Below are positions 1 through 13,286 of a stretch of DNA of 64,000 nucleotides, piece by piece. Position 1 is the first letter of the stretch. Every line of letters begins with the position of its first letter. The stretch is from positions 264,244,001-264,308,000 of the forward strand of contig OZ024740.1 in NCBI GenBank assembly GCA_964016885.1, written 5' to 3'. A program made the position numbers and the translations under genes. The DNA is from Eledone cirrhosa. Taxonomy: Eukaryota. Below the pieces are notes generated by a model. It did no database searches. It had not been told where the DNA came from and worked only from the letters and a program-made list of their open reading frames with translations.

Positions 1-190
<190 letters not shown>

Positions 191-1052
191 CATGAATTTT
201 TATGTGTGAGTGTGTGTGTTTGTACATGCCTGCATGTGAGTGTGTGTATGTATTTGTGCATGTAGTAGAGGTACCGATAAGTAAATAGCCCTTAGTAATG
301 ACGTCAAACCTATGTGCTTTTATTAGTGAGTATAACTGATATATAAAACTAATTTACATTACATTAAAACACCTTTAAGATTATTTGAATGAAAGAAGTG
401 TTTCTGAAATTCCAATATGTGTAAGATATTCCTGTTATGTGTTAATTTAACTCATGTCAAATATTTTGCAGCTCTTTGTGTGTTGATGTTCCTTTTAATA
501 TGTTCTGTGTAATTGTATCACCTGCCATATTCGTCATTATACTTTTTATCACTCTGGTACTAGTTATATCTCTGGCTATATATTCTTTCTTTCTTAACAT
601 TCTCTCCTTTAATATTGACTCTTTTTCCATCTACTTCGTTTACCCTGTCACTATATAATTTTTCATCTCTCTCCCTCTCTCGCTGTCTATCTCTTTCTCT
701 CTCTACGTACACACCGGTTTCCCTTTTACCTGAACATGGAAGCTCGTTCTTCCCCCAACTCTCAATTTGACACCCACACATACATACCCCCCCCACACAC
801 ACACACGTACACCTACACCCGTAGACAAACACCACCTTCAGCCCTCCCCGCTCGGACCCCGCCTCCCTCTCCTTCCCCCTCTACCCACCACCACCACTCA
901 CGCATCACACCCTTCCACCCTTTGTTAAAGACTGTTATTTTAATAAATATATATATATATTTGTGGTAAGATTGCTTGTATGCTTCCTTCGGAGCAGAGT
1001 ATAATAATGTGGAAAACGAAGAATCAGTGATTCATCGGAACACAAATGTATT

Positions 1053-1145
1053 ACGTATTACAAATGTTTCTCCGGCGAACAGCTTGAGGAGTGATCTGTT
1101 TGTGGATGGAACCTGACTCTGGATTCGGAAGTTCCTCAGATACGT
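1053..1145 (-). ncRNA. Type I hammerhead ribozyme motif
   Basis: Minus strand ACGTAT-CTGAGGA-(TCCG...CGGA, long helix II)-GAAA-CATTTG-TA^ATACGT; helix I is a perfect 6 bp. Confidence 0.75.
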
Positions 1146-1193
1146 CTAGTAATTTCGAAGCAAATCCTCTTTCTGCTGGACTCTGCGCTTCGA

Positions 1194-1308
<115 letters not shown>

Positions 1309-1382
1309 GCTAGAGATATTGGTCTATAAGGTGAGAGAAACTCTATGGCGGTGTGTGTGCCTGTGTACGAATGTATACATAG

Positions 1383-1460
<78 letters not shown>

Positions 1461-2017
1461 TGCCCGATCGTTTTCGAGTATGGCCATTGCACGTTTATAC
1501 GATTATTAATAATTATTAATTAATTCTGTCGTGCAATTCCTGTGCGTGAAGATATTTTTTAAAGTAAGGAAAGACTGCGCACTGGGCTAATCCCACTCTC
1601 TGAGCGACAGTAACTATAACCCGAAAAGAAGAAAATATCAACATCATTGGTAACTACTGAAGAATTCCCTAACAAAGGCTAGTGGTCCTTCACTCCCAGT
1701 GGTTTTTCCACGCGGTACATCTGTATATACATATTTACAAACTTTTAGATGGCCGTTGACTCTTATGAGTTCTACCGCCCTTTGTCCTGTTTTGTTTTTT
1801 TTGTCCTGCAGGGTGTCGAAAATCACCCTCCTCACCAAGTAAACTGGGTGGGGTTGCCGATTTAGTCGGCGACGAGCCGACCATGCGACAGCTCGTACTG
1901 GGTTATATGTTACCAGTAGCACTCAAGAGTAACTCGACATACATATATATACAAATATATCAATGATATTAATAAATGGAAACTATATTTATAAAACCAT
2001 ATTTATTTTATTATATA

Positions 2018-2935
2018 CTACCAGCAGTACCCAGCGTTGCCTGGGTAGGTAAAATAATATCTGCTTTGAGCTGGCGAGTTTCTTGAAAATCCGTCGTAAG
2101 TTGTAGCAAATGGCGAAATGTTGAGTGAAATCGTATGGAATATGTGGGAGGTGGAAAAGATCGTATTTTAAAGAGTTAAACGGCTGCGACGCCACACCTG
2201 AACAAAAAATGCAAAGTGTAAAGCTGCTATAAAATCTGCAATGATAGGTTCTATAGAACTATAAAAGTTGAACCCAATAAATTGATTTATGTGTGAGGCG
2301 GAGCGGAAGTTTCGAATTTGAACGAAATCGGTTGAAAAATGTGGGAGCTAAAGCCGAAAAGGCGGAAATTTGAGCAAAAAGGTGGGATTTTTGAATATTT
2401 AAGCAGCTGCTACGCCATTCCTCAACAAAAAATCCATAATGTAAAGTCACTAGAAGACGTGAAATAAGCAGATCTAGCGTAGTGTAAAATTTGAACAAAG
2501 TAGGTTGATTAATATGGGAGCTAGAGACAAAAAAGTGGAAATTTGAGTATAAAAGTGGTATTTTTGAATATTTAAGAGGCTGCCACGCCGTCCCTGAACA
2601 GCAAATCCAAAATATAAAGCTGTTACAGGATGTGCAATGATAAATTCTATTTTGCTTTAAAATTTGAACGAAATCGGTGGCAAAATGTGGGAGCTTGAGC
2701 CCAAAATCTTATTTTTGGATACCTAAAAAAAGGTGACCCCCTATCGATTTTTATCTGCAGAATGACCTCGGAATGAAATAAAACGATACGCTGATATATG
2801 GAAAATACTCCGCGATACGTAATCTATGAGCCTGTAAAGTTTCATGAAAATCGGTCGCAAGATGTAGGCCCCTATAGGTAATACACAGGCACACAGACAC
2901 AGCCACACACGTAATTAATTTTATATATATACAGA
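2018..2935 (-). mobile_element. Non-autonomous Helitron-like element
   Basis: Minus strand starts TC, ends with hairpin ACCCAG-GCAACG-CTGGGT then CTGGTAG; lies between A and T with no TSD; internal degenerate 170-220 bp repeats; removing it restores the partner IR arm. Confidence 0.85.
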
Positions 2936-3146
2936 TATTTCAAGGGTACCAAAATTTGGTACGCTCTCATCAGAATGAATAGCAAATTTGTTTTATAAAT
3001 GGCGACATACCCAAGAAACTAGAACTTATCGGTTCAGGTTCAGTTTTAAAAGTGAAAGAAAAAATTTAAATCTTTAGGATGAATATGTAAACTGAATCTG
3101 AACCGATAAGGTCTGGATTCTTGGGTATGTCACCATTTATAAAACA

Positions 3147-3221
3147 CATTTTGTATTTTTTTCTGAAGAGAGCGTACCGAAATGTTGGTACCCTTGAAAT
3201 ATATATAATAAAATAAAAATG
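3147..3221 (+). ncRNA. Type I HHR, family A
   Basis: CTGAAGA 3163-3169, helix II GTACC/GGTAC, GAAA 3196-3199, helix III ATATATAT, predicted AUA cleavage after 3207, helix I CATTTTGTATTTT/AAAATAAAAATG. Confidence 0.8.
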
Positions 3222-3611
3222 GTTTTATAAATATAGTTTCCATGTATTAATATCATTGACATTATACTCCAGAAAATCTTGTAGAGTGCTTCGAAACTGT
3301 TATAAATAAATTGGTTAACATATATATGTACATATATTTACATTTATATACATATATATATTTATAAAAGTAATATATATGAGTAATATATATGATGAAA
3401 CAGATACCAACATATCTGTATTTATATTGCAAAAGAAAGTTAGCCAGACTGAAGAATATTAATTATTTTACCACAGTTCGTCCACATCGATTTAAAATAA
3501 TAATAATAATAAATCGACAAAAACTAGCTGTGCTGCCAAATGGCTATGTTGTTTATACATATTTAAATTTCAAAGTCAAACCTGTTCAGTAGATAAGTTT
3601 AAACCTCAAAA

Positions 3612-3690
3612 TCCAAACATGTTTCGAGATGGATAAGTGTATAAGTGTAGGAATATCTTGCCACTGCTCTCCTCAGTAAACATCCAGAGA
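3612..3690 (-). ncRNA. HHR in 534-bp unit 1
   Basis: Minus CTGAGGA-GAG...CTC-GAAA-CATG-TT; helix III ACATGT; helix I weak (G-U rich). Confidence 0.65.
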
Positions 3691-4145
3691 CAATTGATAA
3701 GCTTCACTTCTAAATAATTTAAAAGACTGTGTGACGCACATGGGTTCACAGATTCAGGCTAGTCTCATAACCGTACTGCTAGAAATAACAGTCGTATATA
3801 TGAGGCGAATTTTAGCTCGACGAAGAGCCGTTATATTAAGTGTAAGGAATTCTTTTACAATGGAATTAGCTCGAAAGGAAATATTCCTGAGCCGTGTATA
3901 AAAGTAATATATATGAGTAATATATATGATGAAACAGATACCAACATATCTGTATTTATATTGCAAAAGAAAGTTAGCCAGACTGAAGAATATTAATTAT
4001 TTTACCACAGTTCGTCCACATCGATTTAAAATAATAATAATAATAAATCGACAAAAACTAGCTGTGCTGCCAAATGGCTATGATGTTTATACATATTTAA
4101 ATTTCAAAGTCAAACCTGTTCAGTAGATAAGTTTAAACCTCAAAA

Positions 4146-4224
4146 TCCAAACATGTTTCGAGATGGATAAGTGTATAAGTGTAGGAATATCTTGCCACTG
4201 CTCTCCTCAGTAAACATCCAGAGA
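4146..4224 (-). ncRNA. HHR in 534-bp unit 2
   Basis: Same sequence as 3612-3690. Confidence 0.65.
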
Positions 4225-4429
4225 CAATTGATAAGCTTCACTTCTAAATAATTTAAAAGACTGTGTGACGCACATGGGTTCACAGATTCAGGCTAGTCTC
4301 ATAACCGTACTGCTAGAAATAACAGTCGTATATATGAGGCGAATTTTAGCTCGACGAAGAGCCGTTATATTAAGTGTAAGGAATTCTTTTACAATGGTAA
4401 AAGAATTCCTTACACTTAATATATATATT

Positions 4430-4463
<34 letters not shown>

Positions 4464-4465
4464 GT

Positions 4466-4653
4466 AATAATTGTTTCTACTTTAGGCACAAGGGCAGCAA
4501 TTACTCAGTACATTACTGGTACTTTATTTTATCGATCCTGTAAGGATGAAAGGCAAAGTTAACCTCAGCGGGATTTGAACTCAAACTATAAAGGGTCATA
4601 ACTCTTTGCTGCCAAGCATAGCGTCAGACCCTCTACTGATACTGCCAATCCAA
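4466..4653 (-). mobile_element. tRNA-derived SINE (about 185 bp)
   Basis: A-box-like TGGCAGTATC, B-box GAGTTCAAATCC, core ACTTTGCCTTTCATCCTTAC, (ATT)n tail; multiple copies in the window. Confidence 0.9.
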
Positions 4654-4679
4654 TATATATATATAATTGTGTGTATATA

Positions 4680-4729
<50 letters not shown>

Positions 4730-4736
4730 TATGTAC

Positions 4737-4767
<31 letters not shown>

Positions 4768-4819
4768 TATACATATATATATATACATATATATGTACAT
4801 ATATATATATACATATATT

Positions 4820-4883
<64 letters not shown>

Positions 4884-4892
4884 GTTATTTTA

Positions 4893-4969
<77 letters not shown>

Positions 4970-5007
4970 CATACATACATACATACATACATACATACAT
5001 ACATACA

Positions 5008-5039
<32 letters not shown>

Positions 5040-6581
5040 CATACATATATATATATATATATTTACATACAATTTTGTTTTCGGCATTACGGCTATGTCA
5101 TGTGCGGCCATTGTCATATTACAAGCACATTTCCTGGAGCATACTTGAATGTACATTGTATATTGTGCGGAAGAATAATGTGATTTCATAATATATAGCA
5201 TTACTATTTATAACGTAATATATTCTTTATCAATTTCTTCAATGTTTTCTTGCCTCGTTTATATATATTTATTTTGGAAATGTTATAATAGTGTAATTCT
5301 AAGACTCAATGGATTAAATTTTAATGGATTTCATATCTTATTTAGATTTCGCTCACGGATACCTTTAAATATATTTTGAGGAACTGATAACTCCTAATAC
5401 TTTTATGCTCATGTATTATAGAAATGGTGAATGTGTTTTTGTAATGAATCTATGTTATTTAAGCAACAATTTAGTATATATATCAATATATTTGGTAAAG
5501 TTTATCACATTTATTACATTCAGCAAGGCGCACACAAACAAAGAAACTTACCAAGATTATTATACAGCAAACCACGGTTTTTATCAAGCACATTATATAT
5601 ATTTCATCCAGGTTATGACTCCAGTGCACCAAGGTGTTATGACCTGGATGTCGCTTGCCCTCTTAACGTGTAACACGTTAAGGGCCGAAATACTGTTGTT
5701 CATCTAACATATTTCTATCAACAATTCTACTGTTATGCTTTACTATATCACAATAGGATTTGCATATATTTTGCTGAATGGAATTTTTGAAACTATAGTA
5801 AATGATTTTTTTAAAATTATTTTTTAAAATTCAATGACAACATTTGATCCTGATCCGGATCCGGTTCTCGTTGCTCCATGTCGAAATCTCACATAAGATA
5901 ACATCCATTATTTCAATATCAATAAACAAAGTAACACACTAGGTCGTAAATTTTGTGACATTGTCTTCGCCGTGATCCATCGTAATATATGTTAAATCTT
6001 TCTCTAATAGCAGAAAAATATGGACACGATTGAGTTGAGACACTAGCATTTAAATATCCTGTTAGCCTCCTTATATGATTCCAGCTAAACCCGCCATGTG
6101 TGAACAGAGTAGATCATACAGAAGATCAATGTCTGGATAGAATGTCACATATATTCATATTGCAAAATACACATGTCCAAAGAAATGATGATAGTTCTGA
6201 CAGTGAACTTGTCTGTGTTATCTTGTTAAATTTGATCCTGATTCATTGTCGCTTTTACTCATGGCCTGATGTCACCTTTATTCTTGACTTACTGTCATAT
6301 TTATATCTAGCCCATTGCTACTATCATGTTGCAATAATAACCAATTGACGCTGTTCTTATAGAGAGAGTAGGAGTGATGGCTGCAGAATCAGAAAGAAAA
6401 TCTGCAAGTCCTACAAACTGTTATCCCCATATATCAACGTTTCGAAAATAACAAAGTACATCATTTTTTATCCCAAAGGTTGCGAATTCTGCCGATTTCT
6501 ACCATCTCTTTGAAATGCTGTTGCGAAGAATGGGGCTCGATTGTTATTGCAAACCATAGTGGAAATAAAGAAAGCAAGGGA

Positions 6582-6755
6582 GGTGGATTGGCAGTATCTG
6601 TAGAGAGTCATTTCTTTGCAGCATACAGTTACGTCCCTTTGCGGTCTGAGATCAAGTCCTGCCGACGTTAACTTTGCCATTCATCCTTACGGGGTCCATA
6701 AAATAACGTACCAGTAATATACTGGAATATTTTCTGGCCTTGTGCCAACAATTAG
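6582..6755 (+). mobile_element. tRNA-derived SINE
   Basis: Matches the window SINE consensus; an older diverged copy follows at about 6900-7055. Confidence 0.85.
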
Positions 6756-8418
6756 AAAGAATGGTTTTGTGGTAAGTAAAATAAATTACTGGAATCAAAC
6801 TAATCGACCTTCCTCCACTCACAAATGAATCTGCTACCATTATGCTTAAATTAGAAATCATTATTCTTACTGTTATAATTGTTCATAATATGATGTTGAA
6901 AAGTGGCAAATTGACTAGTTCGTTAGAACGTCGGATAGAATGATTTGTTTTATTCATTTTGAATCAGCTCTCTCAGTTCAAATCCCGCCGAGGTCTACTT
7001 TTCCTTGCATCCAATAAAGGTTGATAAAAAAATTACCAGTCTAATACTGGGATCGATTATTTCTCTGTATCGCTTTATCCCTTTCTATTCTTTCACTCTT
7101 TCTATCCTACTCTGGGAGAAATCTGCTGTATTCTCAACGTGGAGAGGAGATGGTCTCCGCAAGTGTTAAAAATGCCCTAGAAACGCGGTATGTTAATACA
7201 GTTTCCCCACAAATCCACCAGGAGTTACCGGAACATGCCAGAATATCATGCAATAGAATGTTGAGATTTGGGTGATATTTGAACGATATTCATGTTTATG
7301 TTTATTCTAGCAGGTCGAAAAAACACAAAGATAACTTGCGTTGGTTCGATTTTATTTCATTCTTTTCTGCATCAATACTGTATAAGCAAGACCAACACCA
7401 ACATGTTTGCTCTATATTCAGTACCGAAATGAAATCCAGACCACTAAATTCCAGATAACACACATCGATGTTGAAGTGTGAACGCTATTTAAAACACAAA
7501 CTGGGTTCTATTATTTATGTATTGCAATGAACGAACACTAATATTTTAGTTGGTTTTGTGTATCACATAAATCTAGACGATTCTCAGAAATGAACAAAAT
7601 GTTTATGGAAAAAGTGTTACTAGAATCGCATATAAAACATCTGTCCAATAAATACGATGCGCGTGTTTGTAGATGTGTATATGTGAGGCGATGTGTTGAA
7701 GAATGTTATTGAAGACAAGACAAGTGAGTATGACATTGGATGAAATATGTAAATTTAATTGATCATTGTTATTCATCGCCAGTTGATGTACTTGCAATGT
7801 CTTTAAAAGTAAAGAAACACGAAGAAAAACATAAATTTTGCAACAATATAACATCATTTTCCAGAAATATTTTCCAATGTATATTCGCGTTTTAAATATA
7901 TTTTTCTGTGTTGATACGATTTTCAATGTAAAATAGTAATTAGTTTTCTCTGAAAAAGGCACCTGGTTTGCAGATGATATTTCTCTTGAAAGGAGACATG
8001 AACACAAACACGACTCACAAATATGTAGAAATTACCATACAAAAGAAAGCAGTAACTGAAAATATGCATACACACAGACACACAGAGTGGTTAGCTCAGA
8101 AAAGTTTTGTGTTGAAGAAAATACATCAAAACACTGGCGATTCAAAAAGGAAAATTGATACATAATCAGTTACATAAAGGTTCCTTGTAGTACTCAATGC
8201 AAACAACAAGGAGTAAAGAAACAAAACAAAACAAAGAGACAAGCAAGGACAATATAAAATACAGCAGGCGCAGCGTGAGGGGGTTCGAATGCAAAGGGAA
8301 ATATGTAATAAAATTAGTTATGAATATAAGAAAAAACATCAACGATTAATAATAAAAGATATCGCATACTAGTCTCAATCTAGATGTTACCAGGCATTTT
8401 TGCCCAATATAGGTTTGT

Positions 8419-8452
<34 letters not shown>

Positions 8453-8729
8453 TATACATATAGATACATAGACATATATATATATCCATAAATATATATA
8501 TATATACAAATATATGTATATATATATAAATATGTATATATATATATATATATGTAGATATATATTTATTTACACACACATATATATATATACATATATA
8601 TATACACACACACACATATATATGTATACATATATATACAAACACACATTTATATATATATATAAGCACATAAACGCACACACATATATATATATATAAA
8701 CACACACATATATATATGCGCACGCACAC

Positions 8730-8773
<44 letters not shown>

Positions 8774-8793
8774 ACACATACACACACACACAA

Positions 8794-8883
<90 letters not shown>

Positions 8884-9069
8884 ACATGTAAGAATATTTT
8901 CGAAACAGCGAGTGAGTTTAAAATTATAAATGTAAGTTATCGCCGTATTTTGACTAAAGAAATTACAGAAAGTTATTTAGTCTGATAGTGGGGTTGAGAA
9001 CCCTCGGGGAAATGGAAAAAGATGAGTATTGACGTACATGTACGTCAATACTCATCTTATATATATATA

Positions 9070-9657
9070 TATAGTAATAATAATAAATTTGAAGACTAAA
9101 ATCCAAAGAGGGCTCCATAAGGACAAATATATCAGATATATAAGAACCATAGAGCAAATATTTAATAAATAACAAATTAAAGTTTAAGCACAGAATCGCT
9201 GCTTTCAACTTTAACGGGATCTTCTGAAACTAAAAAAGTCAATCTGTGAACGCAGAAGTAAATATTGCAAAAAACGTTGCAACCGAAAGAAGACAGGAAG
9301 AGGAAACTTTGGGTCGTGGAAATGTTCCTTGGCAAAGAACGGAAAAAACCAAGATAATACCTCATTATTTGGTGAGGTAAAAACAATTACACGCAAAGAC
9401 AAAACCACGTTTATGGCATAAATGAAGTCGTAGACTAATATTCTATTAGGTGGTTCATGGAGAAGTTCTCAGGCAATGAACGGAAAAAACGAAGATAATA
9501 CGTCATTATGTGGAGCGGAGAGAAGAATTACACGCAAAGACAAAACCACGTAAATGGTATAACTGAAGTCATAGACTACACTTCTATTAAGGAAACCGAA
9601 TGTTTCTCGGCTTCAGAGTTAAGAATAAAGTAAATTAAATACAAAGGTAATTGAAAT

Positions 9658-9728
<71 letters not shown>

Positions 9729-12027
9729 GCATCCAAATACGTACATACACAAGAATATGCGAAAACACACGCCATGGGTATGCAAATACAAGCACGTACA
9801 CAAATAAACACGCACCTACATACAGAATCCACGCAACGCCTGTACCCGCACACATATGAACGTATACACCAAATACACATAAAAATATATATTTAAAAAA
9901 AAAAAATATATATATATATGTGTGTGTGTGTGTGTACGTGTATACATAATTAAATAAACGTATATAAATATGCACAGGGAAATACGTATATAACGCGCGC
10001 ACACACATACCTACATGTAAATACACATAAGTTCGCAGACGACGTCAACCAAAACACAAAGTAGACATATACACACATGCACATACGTACGAACCCGCAT
10101 ACTAACACAGACGCAAAACTCACTTATACACATAACCAAATGCACATGTACCAGTATATATAATATATACGCCATAACATATACAAGCAAATATACGTAC
10201 GAGAAAGTATATGTACCTTCACAAAACATACAGGTAAAATATACTTACCTATACAAATAAGTATTGGTATAAACATAACATATACTTAGCTACCACATAA
10301 AGACGTAAAATATCCTCGTATTATTCGTACTATCCGTTAGGGTATAATGTGAGGTTGTAATACAGGAAAGTTTTGTGCAATTTATGTTTACAAGCCGAAA
10401 CTACCTCAGATTTTTTGTTTAAAATGTGGTCTTTGGCGTAGGGGTTTTCCAGGGTCTCATTGGCGCAGAGGTCACATGGTCTTTTATTTCCGTTATACGA
10501 TCTAGCCGTAGCTAGGATCTCTCAGTGTAACTTATTTTGGGTGTGGTTGTCGTTTATACTCCAGATTTAAGCTGATAAAGCCGTCTTATTCCTTCTTAAA
10601 GGGTTAAGAAAAGAATTGGTATGCATGTAAAGACGCTGCTTGAATCTATTAGCGGTTAACCCTATGTAGGCCCTACGGGACGTGGGTGTTTCAACCTTAC
10701 ATTTGTAGACAATGTTACTAGAGAGGCATTTCCCGGATAGGGTCAGTCAACCCGATTCCCACAATTACAGTTAGTACTAGATACAGGGTTGCGCGTGTTC
10801 CTACGACTAGTTAAATTAGCTAAATTTGAAACTGTTAAGTTATGTGTAATGTTAGGAGTTGTAGAGGAAGAAATTTTAATGGTATTTCTATTAAAAAGTT
10901 TACTATATTTATGTGCTGGGGGTAAATGCCTCATAATAAGGTAGAGAAAGATCTTAGTTAATGGTGTGGCAACCTCCATATTATATGGTGGGTTATACCA
11001 TATAATGCGTCGGGATAAATTTTTGCTAGGTCTATATATCGTACTCTGTATATGCTACCTTATCGACAAATCCACTCCGAGCAAGAGCTTCATTGTATAA
11101 TATGTGGAATGGTCGTTGAAAATATGCTCGTTAGTAGATAGACGGGAAAGCCTTAAAGGTTAAACCAGGTTCCTGGTTATGCTGGCAGGATGGTTATAAT
11201 GCTTACTTATGTAATTAAGCGTATCATTCGGCTTTCTATACGGTTAGTGCAAGCCATTCGACAAATTAAGGGTAACGTCGAGGTAATTAACGACCGAGAG
11301 GTTGGCCTCAACCTGTATGGAGAGGTTGAAGCCTTTAAAGAAGGCTGTGAGTTCTTTTCTGAACCTGTCCCAAGCACGTGGGCCTCACTTTGTTATGGTC
11401 AAAGACCGTAATCACGGTAGAACCCACCGCCCACGTTGAGGAATTCTTCCTTGATAGAGAAAAGAAGGAAAAGGCTGATAAGATCAGTAACCTCTGCAGA
11501 ATCGCTAGCGCTGTTCGCGGCAATGTTCCAAGTTTCAATGTTTCAATTACCTGTGTATTTAATTTACTTAATTTTTATATCTGAAGCCGAGAATCATTCG
11601 TTTCCTAAATAGACTTTTAGTCTACGACTTCAGTTATACCATTTACGTGGTTTTGTCTTTGCGTTTAATTGTTCTCACCGTTCCAGATAATGACGTATTA
11701 TCTTTTTTTTTCCGTTTATTGCCTGAGAACGTCTCCATGAACCACCTAATAGAATATTAGTCTACGACTTTATTTATACCATAAACGTGGTTTTGTCTTT
11801 GCGTGTAATTGTTTTCACTGCACCAAATAATGACGTATTATCTTCGATTTTTTTCCGTTCTTTGCCAGGAAACATTTCCAAGAACCAAAGTATCGACTTC
11901 CTAAATTCCTTCGGTTTCAACATTTTTTAAAATATTTATTTCTGCGTTCGCAGATTGGCTTATTTAGTTTCAGAAAATCCCGTTAGGGGTGAAAGCAGCG
12001 ATTCTTTGCTTATACTTTAATCTATTA

Positions 12028-12030
<3 letters not shown>
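9070..12030 (-). mobile_element. 5'-truncated Hydra-like PLE remnant with 3' pLTR (9070-9640) and inverted pLTR (11565-12030)
   Basis: Minus-strand ORF remnant about 10380-11560: FYRDYGL, LFNRNTIKISSS, CNC, CDLC, LNKKSE; flanks are reverse complements containing about 150-bp internal repeats. Confidence 0.85.
9181..9231 (-). ncRNA. HHR-like motif with CAGAAGA (U4A) core
   Basis: AGTTT-CAGAAGA-helix II-GAA-AGCA...TGCT-T^AAACT; relatives at 11966-12016 (+) and 48149-48200 (-) show helix II CCC/GGG. Confidence 0.55.
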
Positions 12031-12099
<69 letters not shown>

Positions 12100-12100
12100 C

Positions 12101-12495
12101 GATATTAATAAATGGAAACTATATTTATAAAACCATATTTATTTCATTATACATATTTCAAGGTTACCATGTTAAATTATGGTATGCCTTCATCAGACAA
12201 AATACAAAATATACCAGTTTTATAAATAAACATTGACGTACCCTTTCAAAATGTGACCGTTACTTTTGGAAGACATCAGGATAAAACTGGTATATATTGT
12301 ATTTTATCTGATTAAGGCATACCATAATTTCACATGGAATCCTTGAAATATGTATAATGAAATAAATATGGTTTTATAAATATAGTTTCCATTTATTAAT
12401 ATCGTATATTTACTCCAAATACTTGTCGAGTGCTTTATATCAGTTATAAAAATATTTGCTTGTTGTATCCCAACAATTTAAATAGAACTTTTGCA
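12101..12495. repeat. Fold-back family A pLTR cassette
   Basis: Arms 12101-12222 and 12281-12403; minus HHR core intact, plus core mutated to CTGATTA (12308-12314). Confidence 0.85.
12135..12210 (-). ncRNA. Type I HHR, family A
   Basis: CTGATGA (12190-12196 minus), helix II, GAAA-TATGT-ATA^ATGAAATA. Confidence 0.75.
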
Positions 12496-12522
12496 TATAT
12501 ATATATATATATATATATATAA

Positions 12523-12602
<80 letters not shown>

Positions 12603-12767
12603 TCATACACATATAAATATTTATGTATATATATATATATATATATAGGAGGTGAGTTTTATTGTAGTACAATAAAGCAATGCAGATATCGGATAAGAAG
12701 CACTCTACAGTTTGTAGGACTGGAGTATACATAATATATAAGAACAAAAGATGGTTAAAAGAGTTTC

Positions 12768-12840
12768 ATGTATTTTATTATGCGCATTTCAAAAACAAAT
12801 ATCATCATGCAATAATATTTGTGTTTTCATCAGATAAAAC
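12768..12840 (-). ncRNA. Type I HHR (helix III ATGCGCAT)
   Basis: TCATCAG at 12827-12833; mirror of 12963-13034. Confidence 0.8.
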
Positions 12841-12962
12841 AGGAAGACATGATATGAAGGTTAAAAAACACTTGTGGATAGTGCAGTTTTAAATCAGCAT
12901 ATATGTTGATTTTCAACTGCACTATCCACAAGTGTTTTTTAACCTTCATATCATGTCTTCCT

Positions 12963-13034
12963 GTTTTATCTGATGAAAACACAGATAATATTATTGCTTG
13001 ATGATATTTGTTTTTGAAATGCGCATAATAAAAT
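12963..13034 (+). ncRNA. Type I HHR (helix III ATGCGCAT)
   Basis: GTTTTAT-CTGATGA(12970-12976)-helix II-GAAA(13016-13019)-TGCGC-ATA^ATAAAAT. Confidence 0.8.
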
Positions 13035-13086
13035 ATATGAAACTCTTTTAACCATCTTTTGTTCTTATATATATATATATATATAT

Positions 13087-13286
13087 NNNNNNNNNNNNNN
13101 NNNNNNNNNNNNNNNNNNNNNNNNNNNNNNNNNNNNNNNNNNNNNNNNNNNNNNNNNNNNNNNNNNNNNNNNNNNNNNNNNNNNNNNNNNNNNNNNNNNN
13201 NNNNNNNNNNNNNNNNNNNNNNNNNNNNNNNNNNNNNNNNNNNNNNNNNNNNNNNNNNNNNNNNNNNNNNNNNNNNNNNNNNNNNN
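13087..13286. other. Assembly gap (200 N)
   Basis: N run. Confidence 1.

Larger units (their letters stand above)
1960..3260. repeat. Inverted pLTR cassette (HHR family A); left arm interrupted by a Helitron
   Basis: 1960-2017 plus 2936-3045 is the reverse complement of about 3090-3258; both arms carry an HHR core (2967-2973 minus, 3163-3169 plus). Confidence 0.85.
3362..4422 (-). repeat. Two near-identical 534-bp ORF-less tandem units, each with an HHR, ending in a fold-back hairpin
   Basis: Period 534 (3392/3926; HHR cores 3670/4204); 26-bp-arm hairpin at 4367-4422. Confidence 0.9.
12735..13070. repeat. Near-perfect palindrome of about 335 bp with two head-to-head HHRs
   Basis: Arms reverse-complementary around about 12901; (TA)n on the right side. 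Confidence 0.9.

Noticed and set aside
1460-1612. Minus-strand GAGT...ACTC-GAAA hammerhead-like arrangement
   Set aside because: The core reads CTCAGA and helix I is poor; too degenerate to call.
1740-1940. GC-rich LINE 5'-UTR-like piece, considered for an HDV-like ribozyme
   Set aside because: Only a simple hairpin (GTCGGC/GCCGAC) is visible; I could not build the nested pseudoknot.
9300-9600. About 150-bp repeats that might suggest a CRISPR-like array
   Set aside because: They are degenerate tandem repeats without unique spacers, inside a eukaryotic pLTR; no cas genes.
12101-12403. Palindromic cassettes as DNA-transposon MITEs
   Set aside because: Arm lengths and centres vary between copies, and the sequence matches the PLE pLTR at 51.4-51.6k.
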